Below the pieces are notes generated by a model. The model was not told the DNA's origin. It saw only the letters and a list, made by a program, of their open reading frames with translations, and made no database searches. Both the position numbers and the translations under genes were made by a program. This document shows positions 1 to 10,377 of a stretch of DNA of 64,000 nucleotides, piece by piece. Position 1 is the stretch's first letter, and each line of letters begins with the position of its first letter. The stretch is from Gammaproteobacteria bacterium (GTDB taxonomy: Bacteria > Pseudomonadota > Gammaproteobacteria > Steroidobacterales > Foliamicaceae), in the NCBI GenBank assembly GCA_026707445.1, contig JAPOWV010000004.1, positions 10,170 to 74,169 of the forward strand, read 5' to 3'.

Positions 1-1
1 T

Positions 2-3000
2 CGCGGTAGCCGACTCACCGGCATTCAGGGTGACGGCGCGGTTGAGGTTATCGCTACCCGTGCTTACGGGCTGGATGCCGTCGAAGTAACCTGGAAGGGG
101 CCGGGCGGACTTGGGGAACGCATTCTCTACCGGGGCGACGAGGCCAGTCTGCAGGAAGTCGCTTCAGGCGGCCGCTTCGCGTTCGACGGCGATGGCCATG
201 CGTTCCGGCTAGCATCCGAAGCATTGCGGATTCGCTTGGCGCACTTGTTCGACCCGTTCGTGGCCGTGAATGCGTCTCTGATCGAACCCTTGCCGCATCA
301 GTTGACCGCGGTGTACGGGGCCATGCTGGACCGGCAGCCGTTGCGGTTTCTCCTGGCGGACGATCCCGGCTCCGGCAAGACGATTATGGCCGGCCTTCTT
401 ATCAAGGAACTGCTGATTAGGGGCAGTCTGGAGCGCTGCCTGATCATTGCGCCAGGCGGCTTGGTGGAGCAGTGGCAGGACGAGCTTTCCGACAAGTTCG
501 ATCTCCACTTTCAAATCATGAGCCGGGAGCAGATCGAGATGTCCGTTACCGGCAATCCATTCGTGGAACACCCCCGGTTGATTGCCCGGCTCGACATGCT
601 GGCGCGAAACGACGAACTGAAGGCCAAGCTTGAGGCGGCGCCGGAGTGGGACCTAGTGGTTTGCGACGAAGCGCACCGGATGTCGGCGAGCTTTTTTGGC
701 GCGGAAGTTAAGTACACGAAGCGCTACCAACTTGGTGCTCTTGCTGGCCGACAGGCGAGGCATTTCCTGCTGATGACGGCCACGCCGCACAACGGTAAGG
801 AGGAGGATTTCCAGCTCTTTATGGGGCTTCTGGACGAAGATCGATTCGAGGGACGCTTCCGCCAGGGCGTTCACAAGATCAATCCAGCGGACATGATGCG
901 CCGGCTCACCAAGGAAGAACTATTTCGCTTCGACGGCAGCCCACTATTCCCGGAACGCCGTGCCTACACGGTGTCGTACGAGCTTTCGCCCAAGGAAGCT
1001 AATCTGTACAGCGAAGTGACGCATTACGTGCGCGAGGAGATGAATCGTGCCGACCGGCTGGCCGATGATGGATCGCGCCGAAGGAACAACGTGGGCTTTG
1101 CCCTGCAAATCCTGCAGCGTCGCCTGGCCTCCTCGCCTGCTGCAATCCACGAGTCTCTCAAGCGCCGCCTGGGACGCCTCGAAACACGGCTGGAGGAAGA
1201 GAAGCTCGGCCGCAAGGGTGGAGGCGAAGCAGCCTCGCCACCGCCGCTTACGACCAGCTTAGGGCAGGAGTTGGACGAAGACGATCTCGAAGATGCGACC
1301 GGCGAAGAAATTGAGGCTCATGAGGATCGACTGCTCGACCTGGCCACGGCGGCGCAAACGATTGAGGAGCTTGAGGCCGAAATCGCAACGTTGCGAGAGC
1401 TGGAGAAGATGGCAAAGGCGCTTCGCCGGTCCGGTGAAGATACCAAGTGGCGCGAACTGGACCGGATTCTCGAAAACCCGCTGGTGCAGGATTCGTCGCG
1501 CGCTGGACGCCGCAAGCTTCTTATCTTCACCGAAGCCCGCGATACTCTCGAGTATCTGGCCGAGCGCATCCGCAACCGCACCGGCGAGGCGGACAGCGTA
1601 TCGGTAATCCACGGCGGTGTGCCGCGGGATCGTCGGCGCGCCGTCATTGCGGCTTTCAACGACGATCCGAAGGTGCGCTTTCTTGTTGCAAACGATGCGG
1701 CGGGGGAAGGCGTGAATCTGCAACGCGGCGCCCATCTGATGGTCAACTACGATCTTCCGTGGAACCCGAATCGTCTGGAGCAGCGCTTCGGCCGCATACA
1801 CCGGATTGGCCAGACGGAGGTGTGCCACCTCTGGAACCTGTTGGCCAGCGAGACTCGCGAAGGCGCAGTTTATGAGAGGCTGCTGACGAAGCTGGAAATT
1901 GCGCGCGACACGCTGGGCGGTAAGGTGTATGACGTGCTTGGCGAACTCTTCGCGGGGCGCCCTCTCGCGGAACTTCTTATGGAGGCCATTCGCTACGGCG
2001 ATCAGCCGGATGTGCGCGCCCGCCTGCTCCAGAGCATGGATGGCGTGGTTGACACGGACAATATCAACGCGCTGGTTACCCGCAATAAACTGACCCGGGA
2101 AGGGATTGATCCCATCACACTACGGACGCTGCGCGAGAATATGGAACGCGCTGCCGCCCGGCGGCTGCAGCCGCATCATGTCCGCTCCTTCTTCGAGGCG
2201 GCCTTTAGCGAATCAGGCGGCGTTATGCGCAGGCGAGAGCAGCGCCGGTTCGAGGTCAAGCGCGTGCCGCCCCTGCTGCGGGACCGCGACCGACTGATGG
2301 GGCGGGCGGACCCTGTTCTGCCCCGCTATCAGCGGATATGTTTCGATAAGGAGGCAGTTTCCGTTCAGCCGCAGGCGGTGCTGATGGCGCCGGGGCACCC
2401 GTTGCTGGACGCATTGATTGACTTGACTCTTGAACGCCACGGGGATGTTCTCACGCGGGGAACGGTATTGATCGACGAGGCGGACAGGCACAGCGCGCCG
2501 CGAGTTCTGATCGTGCTACGTCACATCATCCGGGATGGCAGGCAAACTCGGCATGGCAAGCCCCAGTCAATATCTGAGCGCCTACAGTTCGTTTGGCTCG
2601 ACAAATCGGGGCAAGCCTCGCAGGGCGGCGCAGCACCGTACCTCGACTGCCGCGCGCCCAATGAGGAGGAGAGGGAACAGCTCGCGGACTTGCTCAACGC
2701 ATCCTGGCTGAAGGAACCGCTGGAGGAGCACGCCCTGGAGCTTGCCGTCAGTCAACTGGTGCCTCGGCACCTCAGTGAAGTCAAGGAACGGCTGCTCCCG
2801 GAAATCGCCAAGATTGAGGCGGCGGTCAAGGAGCGCCTGCGCCGCGAGATCACGCATTTACAGCATCGTGCTTTTGAAGTGGAGGCCGAAGAACGCGCCG
2901 GCAAGAAACCACGCCTCAATTCGGAGAACATTCGCCGTCAGGCCAACGTGCTCACAGGGCGGCTGGAGCTTCGGTTGAAGGAAATCGCCCGCCAGCGGGA

Positions 3001-3535
3001 CATTGCGCCGCTTCCGCCCGAGATTTGCGGCGCCGCTGTGGTGGTTCCGGCTGGAATGGTCAGCTCGAAGCAGACGGCGCCTGAAGACGCGGGCCCTGTG
3101 GAAGACGCTCCGAATGCGCTTAGCCGCGCACAGGTCGAAGCCAGAGCAATGCAGGACGTGATGGAATGCGAGCGCAATTTGGGATTCGAGCCTCGCGACG
3201 TGTCGGACGAAGATCGTGGCTACGATATCGAAAGCCGCGACCCAGGCAATGGCGCACTTCGCTTCATCGAAGTAAAGGGTCGCCGCGCAGACGCGCGGGC
3301 GATTACTATCACCCGCAACGAAATGCTCACAGCGCTCAATGCGCAGAAGGCCTATATTCTGGCAGCGGTGCTGGTGGAAAAGGACATGGCTCACGCGCCG
3401 CTTTACGTGACGAATCCGGCTTCGCTATTCGGCCCCGAACCTGCGTTCAACGAGGTTTCTAGGTCGATCTCAGTCTCTTCCATCAAAGCGGCGGCGCAAG
3501 AGAACGCGACAAAGACCGGCCTGGCCCCGAAATGA
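2..3535 (+). CDS. Superfamily-2 (SNF2/DEAD-like) helicase with C-terminal DUF3883-like restriction-endonuclease-fold domain; 5' end lies outside the window
   Basis: Frame 2 is open from nt 2 (RGSRLTGIQGDG...FRLASEALRIRLAHLFDP), so the listed start at 224 (TTG) is internal. Helicase motifs: LLADDPGSGKTIMAG (I), VVCDEAHRM (II), LLMTATPHNGK (III), VANDAAGEGVNLQ (V), WNPNRLEQRFGRIHRIGQ (VI). C-terminus GYDIESRDPGNGALRFIEVKGRR..ITITRNEM resembles DUF3883. Confidence 0.9.
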   Translation, partial: RGSRLTGIQGDGAVEVIATRAYGLDAVEVTWKGPGGLGERILYRGDEASLQEVASGGRFAFDGDGHAFRLASEALRIRLAHLFDPFVAVNASLIEPLPHQLTAVYGAMLDRQPLRFLLADDPGSGKTIMAGLLIKELLIRGSLERCLIIAPGGLVEQWQDELSDKFDLHFQIMSREQIEMSVTGNPFVEHPRLIARLDMLARNDELKAKLEAAPEWDLVVCDEAHRMSASFFGAEVKYTKRYQLGALAGRQARHFLLMTATPHNGKEEDFQLFMGLLDEDRFEGRFRQGVHKINPADMMRRLTKEELFRFDGSPLFPERRAYTVSYELSPKEANLYSEVTHYVREEMNRADRLADDGSRRRNNVGFALQILQRRLASSPAAIHESLKRRLGRLETRLEEEKLGRKGGGEAASPPPLTTSLGQELDEDDLEDATGEEIEAHEDRLLDLATAAQTIEELEAEIATLRELEKMAKALRRSGEDTKWRELDRILENPLVQDSSRAGRRKLLIFTEARDTLEYLAERIRNRTGEADSVSVIHGGVPRDRRRAVIAAFNDDPKVRFLVANDAAGEGVNLQRGAHLMVNYDLPWNPNRLEQRFGRIHRIGQTEVCHLWNLLASETREGAVYERLLTKLEIARDTLGGKVYDVLGELFAGRPLAELLMEAIRYGDQPDVRARLLQSMDGVVDTDNINALVTRNKLTREGIDPITLRTLRENMERAAARRLQPHHVRSFFEAAFSESGGVMRRREQRRFEVKRVPPLLRDRDRLMGRADPVLPRYQRICFDKEAVSVQPQAVLMAPGHPLLDALIDLTLERHGDVLTRGTVLIDEADRHSAPRVLIVLRHIIRDGRQTRHGKPQSISERLQFVWLDKSGQASQGGAAPYLDCRAPNEEEREQLADLLNASWLKEPLEEHALELAVSQLVPRHLSEVKERLLPEIAKIEAAVKERLRREITHLQHRAFEVEAEERAGKKPRLNSENIRRQANVLTGRLELRLKEIARQRDIAPLPPEICGAAVVVPAGMVSSKQTAPEDAGPVEDAPNALSRAQVEARAMQDVMECERNLGFEPRDVSDEDRGYDIESRDPGNGALRFIEVKGRRADARAITITRNEMLTALNAQKAYILAAVLVEKDMAHAPLYVTNPASLFGPEPAFNEVSRSISVSSIKAAAQENATKTGLAPK

Positions 3536-6483
3536 TCATCCAGCGCAAGAAACTCATCGAAGTGTCGCTGCCGCTCGAAGCCATCAATGCGGCATCGGCG
3601 CGGGAGAAGTCCATCCGGCACGGCCACCCTTCAACTCTGCACCTGTGGTGGGCGCGTCGACCGCTCGCGGCCTGCCGGGCAGTGCTCTTTACCCAGCTTG
3701 TGGATGACCCGTCGTCCTGGCCCGACGAATACCCCACCGAGGAGGACCAAGCACGGGAGCGTGAGCGCCTCCACGGCATCATCAAGGATATGGTGCCTTG
3801 GAAGGCCACCAACAACGAACGTATCCTCGGCAAGGCGCGCTACGAAATTGCCAGATCGATCGCCCGCGGGCGCGGCGATACACTGCCGCAGGTCAACGAT
3901 AACGAGGCGGTGCTGGACTATCTTGCCGAGCACGCGCCGCCAGTCTGCGATCCATTCTGTGGCGGAGGTTCGATTCCGCTCGAAGCGCAACGCTTGGGCC
4001 TGCGCGCCCACGGTTCGGACCTCAATCCCGTCGCAGTGCTGGTCTCCAAGGCGACCTGCGAAATCCCGCCTAAGTTCGCCAATCGACCGCCCATCAATCC
4101 CGACCGTGATCTACATGTCACGTGGAAAGGTGCGCAGGGGCTGGCCGAGGACATTCGCTATTACGGCCGATGGATGCGTGATCAAGCGGAATCCCGCATC
4201 GGGCACCTCTATCCGAAGGTGCGAGTCACCAAGGCCATTGCGGCTGACCGAGACGAATTCAAGCCGTACGTCGGCAAGGACCTGACTGTCATCGCCTGGC
4301 TCTGGGCGCGAACGGTCGCGTCTCCGGATCCAATGATGCGCGGAAAGCATGTGCCGCTTGTCTCATCGTTGATGCTTTCCACGAAACCGGGGAAGAAAGC
4401 GTGGGCTGACATTCTTCGTGACGTCGCTTCACGGGATGGTTGGCGCTTCGAAGTCAATGCCGGAACGCTGGGTAAGGAGGACGAAACCAAAAAGAAACTG
4501 GGGACAAAAGCGGGAAAGGCGCAGGATTTCCTTTGCTGCCTGAGCGGGACACCTGTTCAGCGGACCTATATTCAACTCGAAGGCAAATCCGGGCATCTAG
4601 GCAAACGGTTGATGGCCATTGTGTTGGCTGGCTCCCGGGAGCGGCTTTATTTGTCACCTAACGATCTGCACGAAGGGATAGCTGAATCGCCTGAATTCGC
4701 AGAAATGACGTCAAGCGCGCGAAGCAAATTCCTGTCGGGCACCACGCCTACGCGCGCCATGATTACCGGGGGAGTGTGTTCGGCATACGGGTTTGCAACT
4801 TGGGGACACCTCTTCACCGATCGCCAACTCGTGGCTCTAACGACATTTTCGGGTCTGTTGGAAGAAGCACGCGAGCAGGTGCTGTCGGATGCGCGGGACG
4901 TTGTCGAGGGCTATGGCTCGGCGGCCGACTGGCTACAGGATACGACTTGTCTCGCTGATAATGGTACTGGCGCGCAGGCGTATGCCGATGCCGTAGCGAC
5001 CTACCTCGGATGTGCTGTCGACAAGGCCGCCGATTATTGGAGCGGGTTATGTAGCTGGCACTCGTCTGGCCAGAAGATGAGAAATACATTTGGCCGACAA
5101 GCGATTCCCATGGTTTGGGATTACGCAGAAGGCAATCCATTTTCTGCGTCGACCGGAAACTGGGTCGCTTGCACCGATTGGGTTTGGAAGGTCGTTGGCG
5201 CGTCTCCGGTAGCGGGCATTCAAGCAGCCGTGATACAGCAGGATGCCGCCGGAGAAACGCGACTTGCACACGACGCGATTGTCGCAACCGACCCCCCCTA
5301 CTATGACAACATCGGCTATGCAGAATTGTCGGACTTCTTCTACGTGTGGCAGCGTAGAACTCTGCGCAATGTTTGGCCGGACCTATTTCGCCGTGTCTTA
5401 GTGCCGAAGGATGAGGAATTAGTGGCCACTCCATACCGCCACGGCGGCAAGGCGGCGGCTGAGCAGTTCTTCATGGACGGCATCGGCAAGGCGCTCGCCA
5501 ATATGCACGCATCAGGACGAGATGATTTCCCAGTAACCATCTACTACGCTTTCAAACAGTCAGAGATTGCCAATGAGGGGTTGACTTCGCCTGGATGGGC
5601 AACGTTTCTCCACGCGGTGATCCAAGCGGGCTATGTTATCGGCGGCACATGGCCGGTCAGGACGGAGCTGGTCAACAAGATTATCGCTATCAACGCAAAC
5701 GTTCTCGCCTCCTCCATCGTCCTCGTCTGCCGCAAACGACCGCCGGATGCGCCGGTCATCACCCGCCGGGAGTTTGTGGCGCGGCTTCGCTCGACGCTGC
5801 CGGCTGCGTTGGCCAGAATTCGCGCCGGTGGCGTCGGTCCGGTGGACATGGCGCAGGCCTCAATCGGTCCGGGCATGGGAGTGTTCACAGCGGCAGCGAA
5901 GGTGCTGGAGCCGGACGACACGCCCATGACGGTACGCACGGCGATAGCGCTTATCAACCAGATTCGGGACGAAATCTCGGGCGAGGAGGCAACGGGCTAC
6001 GATGCCGACACTCGCTTTTGCATCGAATGGTTCGAGAACTTCGGAATGGACGAGGGCAAATCCGGGGATGCCATCACCATGGCCCAAGCCTACGACATCG
6101 GCATTGAGGATCTGGAAAACGCGGGTGTGTTTGACGCTCGAGGGGGATCGGCGCGCCTGCTGCGTCGCGACGAATTGCCGGGCGACTGGAATCCCGCCAC
6201 CGACAGGCGATTGACCGACTGGGAATGCGCTCAGCATCTGGCCCGCACGCTCGAATCGCCCGCAGGCGGAATCGAGACCGCCGCGAAGCTCTATGCGAAC
6301 ATGCCGCCGGAGCGTAGCGAGGCCGCGCGAATGCTCGCCTACCGCCTCTACGATATCTGCGAGCGCAAGGATCGTGCGGCGGAGGCGCAGGTTTGGAACA
6401 TGCTGGCGCGGGAGTGGACTGCGCTGGAAACCGCCGCCGCCGCCATTGAGCCGAAGCTCGGATCAGGGCAGCTTCTTCTTTGA
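3532..6483 (+). CDS. DUF1156-family DNA methyltransferase (N6-adenine/N4-cytosine type, DPPY motif)
   Basis: N-terminus KKLIEVSLPLEAINAASAREKSIRHGHPSTLHLWWARRPLAACRAVLF is the DUF1156 signature. SAM-binding motif VCDPFCGGGSIPLEAQRLG; catalytic ATDPPYYDNIGYAELSDFFYVW. Start ATG overlaps the helicase stop (ATGA at 3532-3535). Confidence 0.9.
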   Translation: MIIQRKKLIEVSLPLEAINAASAREKSIRHGHPSTLHLWWARRPLAACRAVLFTQLVDDPSSWPDEYPTEEDQARERERLHGIIKDMVPWKATNNERILGKARYEIARSIARGRGDTLPQVNDNEAVLDYLAEHAPPVCDPFCGGGSIPLEAQRLGLRAHGSDLNPVAVLVSKATCEIPPKFANRPPINPDRDLHVTWKGAQGLAEDIRYYGRWMRDQAESRIGHLYPKVRVTKAIAADRDEFKPYVGKDLTVIAWLWARTVASPDPMMRGKHVPLVSSLMLSTKPGKKAWADILRDVASRDGWRFEVNAGTLGKEDETKKKLGTKAGKAQDFLCCLSGTPVQRTYIQLEGKSGHLGKRLMAIVLAGSRERLYLSPNDLHEGIAESPEFAEMTSSARSKFLSGTTPTRAMITGGVCSAYGFATWGHLFTDRQLVALTTFSGLLEEAREQVLSDARDVVEGYGSAADWLQDTTCLADNGTGAQAYADAVATYLGCAVDKAADYWSGLCSWHSSGQKMRNTFGRQAIPMVWDYAEGNPFSASTGNWVACTDWVWKVVGASPVAGIQAAVIQQDAAGETRLAHDAIVATDPPYYDNIGYAELSDFFYVWQRRTLRNVWPDLFRRVLVPKDEELVATPYRHGGKAAAEQFFMDGIGKALANMHASGRDDFPVTIYYAFKQSEIANEGLTSPGWATFLHAVIQAGYVIGGTWPVRTELVNKIIAINANVLASSIVLVCRKRPPDAPVITRREFVARLRSTLPAALARIRAGGVGPVDMAQASIGPGMGVFTAAAKVLEPDDTPMTVRTAIALINQIRDEISGEEATGYDADTRFCIEWFENFGMDEGKSGDAITMAQAYDIGIEDLENAGVFDARGGSARLLRRDELPGDWNPATDRRLTDWECAQHLARTLESPAGGIETAAKLYANMPPERSEAARMLAYRLYDICERKDRAAEAQVWNMLAREWTALETAAAAIEPKLGSGQLLL

Positions 6484-6588
6484 GCGGCAATGCCTCAGGG
6501 TACACTCAGGTGTTCGCGGCCTTTTCGGCCTTTGTTTCCGGACAGGAATCTGTATCGCGCCTGTTGATGGTTCAATGAGCATCGCAAC

Positions 6589-9500
6589 ATGAGCGCCAGA
6601 AGCGCGGCGCAGCCAGCCAAGCAGCGGGTTGACCAGGGGCTTGAGGCGCTACGGCTTGCGCTAGCCCCCTATGTGGCGAAGCACATGCGCGACCGGCACG
6701 GCGAGGATTGGCAACGTTACGCCAGCCGAGCCCGGCCCCGTGGTTCCGCGGGTGAACTCGATCTGTACGGTCTTCTCAAGACCCTGTTAGACAACTGGAA
6801 CGACCTGTTCCGCCATGATCGGGAGGTCAGAAAGCGGCGCAGCTTTATTTCGATTTGCCTCGACGCCCGCAACGCGGCGGCCCATTTTGCGGGACGCATG
6901 GAGGATCGGGAAGCATTGCGGTATCTCGACGCCATGCGGGAACTCTGCTTGGCCGTAGGCGCGGGTGTGCAGACAAAGCGTATAGAAGGCCTTTACGAAC
7001 TGCAGCAGACTGCGAGTGCGCAGCTACCTTCGGCCAGTCTGGCGCTTGACGTGGAGCCGCCACCGCCAGCCCGGCTTGCTCCCTGGCGGGATGTATGCGA
7101 ACCCCATCCGGACGTGCTCGAGGCGCGATTTTCGGATGCCGAATTCGCGGCCAACCTGGCGCAGGTGGATCAGGGCGAAGGCGGGGAGGAGTACGCGAAT
7201 CCTGCCGCCTTCTTTCGCATTACGTACGCCACCGAGGGACTGCGTCGCGTTCTCACGAGCGCAATTGCCCGCCTCGCCGTCAAGGGTGGTGACCCGGTGA
7301 TCGGGCTGCAGACAAATTTTGGCGGGGGTAAAACGCACACCATGCTTGCGCTTCATCATGTGGCAGGTGCCTCCGAGGCGGGCTACAAACCGGAGGAACT
7401 TGCCGGGTTGGCCCCGATCTTCGATGCAGCTGGCGTTACTACTCTCGGTAGGGTAAGGCGAGCTGTTTTCGTGGGTACGCATAAGGGTGCCGCGGAGGTG
7501 ATGTACGTCGAAGGAGATCGTGAAATCCGCACCTTGTGGGGATACATCGCCTGGCGTCTCGGTGGATGGGAAGCCTTTGACCACATTGCCGCTTCGGAGG
7601 TGGCGCGCACCAACCCGGGCTCGGAACGCTTGATACCCATTCTTCGTGCCGCCGCGCCCTGCCTGATTCTCATGGATGAAGTCGTGGCCTTTGCACGCCA
7701 ACTGCGAGGACTGGAGTACGATGCCTTTCACGCTTTCGTTCAGTCGCTAACCGAGGCGGCTGCGGCGGTTCGGGGAGCAGTGGTGGTGGGATCATTGCCC
7801 GAATCGGGCGCCGAGGTGGGGGATGAGCAGGGGCGCGACGCCCTGCGGCGCCTGGAGAAGATATTCGGGCGTGTGCAGTCGGCATGGATGCCCGCCAGCG
7901 GCATCGAAACCTTCGAAATCGTCCGTCGCCGCCTGTTTCAGCCTTTGGATGAAGCGGGCGAAAAGGCCCGCGATGCAACTATCAGGGCTTTCCGCAAGCT
8001 CTACCGGGACAATCGCGCCGATTTTCCGCCATATGTCCGGGAACCGGCCTATGCAGAGGAAATGCGTAGCGCTTGGCCCATTCATCCGGAGGTGCTGCGC
8101 CGGTTTTCAGGCGATTGGTCGGTGCTTGACAAGTTTCAGCGCACCCGAGGAATCCTCAAGATCATGGCCAGCGTGGTGTATGCGCTTTGGAGCGGTGAGA
8201 GTAACGCGCCGCTGATTTTGCCCGCGCTGCTTCCGTTTCGCGACCCAAAGTCCCGGTCGGCGCTGCTTGAGCCTCTCAACCCGGTTTTCGGAGCCATTCT
8301 CGACTCCGAAGTGGATGGCGAGCAGTCTCTGACCGCCCGCATCGAAGCCCAGCGTCCGCGGTTGCTCAAGGCGCACGCGGCCACGCTCGCTGCTCGCTCG
8401 GTATTCTTCGCCACCGCGCCTCAAAATGGTGCGGTGCGAGGCGGAATGATGGGTGCCGAACTGCGCCTTTCCTGCGCCCAGCCGGGTGATCAGATTGCCA
8501 TTTACGGCGAGGCGCTGCAGGAGATCGCCTCACGTTCGGCCCACCTTTACCAAGACGAAAATCGCTATTGGTTCTCGCCCCAGCCGACCCTCAACAAGGT
8601 CGCCGCTGATCGCGCTCGGGACATCAATGATGAGCAGGCGGATCAGCGCATTATTGAATTCCTGCGCGAGGAGCGGCGATTCCGCGCCGGCTTTGCCAGG
8701 GTTCATGCAGCGCCCGATCATCCGGCCGATATTGACGATCAACGCTCCACAGCGCTTGTGATCTTGCCGCCTTCGAAGCCTCACGAATCAGGTGCCGGTT
8801 CGAACTCCGAGGCCGGTCTTGCCGCGGCCGAAACAATCGAGCGACGGGGCAGCGGACAACGTCGCTACCGCAATGCGCTGGTGTTCTTGGGACCTGACGC
8901 GGCGAACTTGGCTTCGGCTCGCGAAAATGCGCGCCGCGAACGGGCGTGGGCCTCAATACTCAAGGATAGCGATCTTCAGCAAAATCTCACGCGCGCACAG
9001 TTGGACAATGCACAAAAACAAGCGAGCCGCAGCCTTGATGCGCTTCGTCAGAGCGTTCGGGCCGCTTGGGTTCATGTGCTTTACCCGTCGTCTCCCGATG
9101 AAGGAGACACGGAATCGCGTCCCGACGTGGGATATGTCATACGCTCGACTCGGCTTGTCAACCGCGGCGGAGGCAAGGGCATCCCGCAGGCGGTTTGGGA
9201 CAAGGTAAGCACCGACGGTGGCGTGATTGCAGAGATGGGTCCTGCGAACCTTGCACAAAGCCTGGAGCCCGTCTGGCCCGCTGACGCAAAACATATCACC
9301 ATCGAGCAGATTCGAGACTGGTTCGCGTCCTATGTTTATTTACCCCGTCTGCGTGATGAAGTTGCGCTTGATGGTGCTGTGCGGCGCCTAGTTGCCGACC
9401 TCGCCTCGCCTTATGCGTTTGCGACCTCGTTCGATGAATCGGCGAACACCTATGAAGGTGTTGTGGAGGGCGAAATCGGACCGCTGACGGAGCTTGGGAC

Positions 9501-9882
9501 GGGTCTGCTTGTGCGTCGGGAAGCTCTTCAGAAGGAAGCGACCCTCGGTGAGCAGGAGGCGACAAAGAAGGAACAACAGCCCGCTGCTGGCGAAAAAGCT
9601 GGGGTCCGGGACAAGGAGCCGTCGGCAGCCAAACCACAACCCAAGCGGTTTTACGCAAGCCTGCCGATCGATTCGGACCTCGCGGGGCTTGAGGTGGCGC
9701 GCATCATGGACGGGCTGCTCGTGGAGCTTACGCGGACCGATGGATCCGACCTCAAACTCACCCTAGAGATTGAAGGGACCTCGACGAGCGAAGGCTACCC
9801 GAAAGATGTCGTGGATACCGTCAAGGCGAACGCGCGCGACCTCAAGCTGGACACGGAGTCATTTGGTTTTGAGGAGGATTGA
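6589..9882 (+). CDS. DUF499-family P-loop ATPase with N-terminal Swt1-like HEPN domain
   Basis: Walker A LQTNFGGGKTHTMLAL and Walker B-like CLILMDEVVAF. N-terminal region ..ICLDARNAAAHFAG carries an R-x4-H HEPN motif (nt 6868-6885). 1097 aa, co-directional, 105 nt after the methylase. Confidence 0.85.
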   Translation: MSARSAAQPAKQRVDQGLEALRLALAPYVAKHMRDRHGEDWQRYASRARPRGSAGELDLYGLLKTLLDNWNDLFRHDREVRKRRSFISICLDARNAAAHFAGRMEDREALRYLDAMRELCLAVGAGVQTKRIEGLYELQQTASAQLPSASLALDVEPPPPARLAPWRDVCEPHPDVLEARFSDAEFAANLAQVDQGEGGEEYANPAAFFRITYATEGLRRVLTSAIARLAVKGGDPVIGLQTNFGGGKTHTMLALHHVAGASEAGYKPEELAGLAPIFDAAGVTTLGRVRRAVFVGTHKGAAEVMYVEGDREIRTLWGYIAWRLGGWEAFDHIAASEVARTNPGSERLIPILRAAAPCLILMDEVVAFARQLRGLEYDAFHAFVQSLTEAAAAVRGAVVVGSLPESGAEVGDEQGRDALRRLEKIFGRVQSAWMPASGIETFEIVRRRLFQPLDEAGEKARDATIRAFRKLYRDNRADFPPYVREPAYAEEMRSAWPIHPEVLRRFSGDWSVLDKFQRTRGILKIMASVVYALWSGESNAPLILPALLPFRDPKSRSALLEPLNPVFGAILDSEVDGEQSLTARIEAQRPRLLKAHAATLAARSVFFATAPQNGAVRGGMMGAELRLSCAQPGDQIAIYGEALQEIASRSAHLYQDENRYWFSPQPTLNKVAADRARDINDEQADQRIIEFLREERRFRAGFARVHAAPDHPADIDDQRSTALVILPPSKPHESGAGSNSEAGLAAAETIERRGSGQRRYRNALVFLGPDAANLASARENARRERAWASILKDSDLQQNLTRAQLDNAQKQASRSLDALRQSVRAAWVHVLYPSSPDEGDTESRPDVGYVIRSTRLVNRGGGKGIPQAVWDKVSTDGGVIAEMGPANLAQSLEPVWPADAKHITIEQIRDWFASYVYLPRLRDEVALDGAVRRLVADLASPYAFATSFDESANTYEGVVEGEIGPLTELGTGLLVRREALQKEATLGEQEATKKEQQPAAGEKAGVRDKEPSAAKPQPKRFYASLPIDSDLAGLEVARIMDGLLVELTRTDGSDLKLTLEIEGTSTSEGYPKDVVDTVKANARDLKLDTESFGFEED

Positions 9883-10101
9883 ACGGTAGGACCAGATGCG
9901 GGCGTCCCGCCCTCCGCCTGGCCTGTCAGTATCGTGGCCCTCCCGCGCATCTAATGCCGGCTTCGTGACCTGCATGCATACCACCTCGTAGTTTTCCCAA
10001 GCTCTTGTGCTTGCGATGTGATAAGCACTGGCGCTTTGGGCTCATCCTGCGAAGGGTTTCTCTTACAATTGCCTTACTCACAAATTCCCGGAGGAATTGT
10101 G

Positions 10102-10377
10102 ATGCCAGCGCTTGAGCGGCTCATGACTACCGTTTCTACACAGGGTCAGATCATCCTGCCCAAGGCCATTCGCCAGGCTTTGGGCTGGGAAGCGGGGGAA
10201 AAGCTGATTGTGGAGCAGGTCCGGGAAGGTGTGGTGCTTAGGCCGTTGCCGATGTTTGCTGCGACCACACCCAGCGAGGTGTTCGGATACCTGAGGTTCG
10301 GTGGCGCCTCGAAGACCGTCGAGAAAATGAACGCCGGCATCCCGGCGGAGGCAAAGCGGCGTCATGAAGGCGGTTGA
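10102..10377 (+). CDS. AbrB/MazE/SpoVT-family antitoxin
   Basis: TVSTQGQIILPKAIRQALGWEAGEKLIVEQVREGVVLRP is a typical SpoVT-AbrB swapped-hairpin motif. ATG at 10102 is preceded by GGAGGA (10091-10096). The ORF-track start at 10018 is probably too far upstream. Confidence 0.8.
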   Translation: MPALERLMTTVSTQGQIILPKAIRQALGWEAGEKLIVEQVREGVVLRPLPMFAATTPSEVFGYLRFGGASKTVEKMNAGIPAEAKRRHEGG

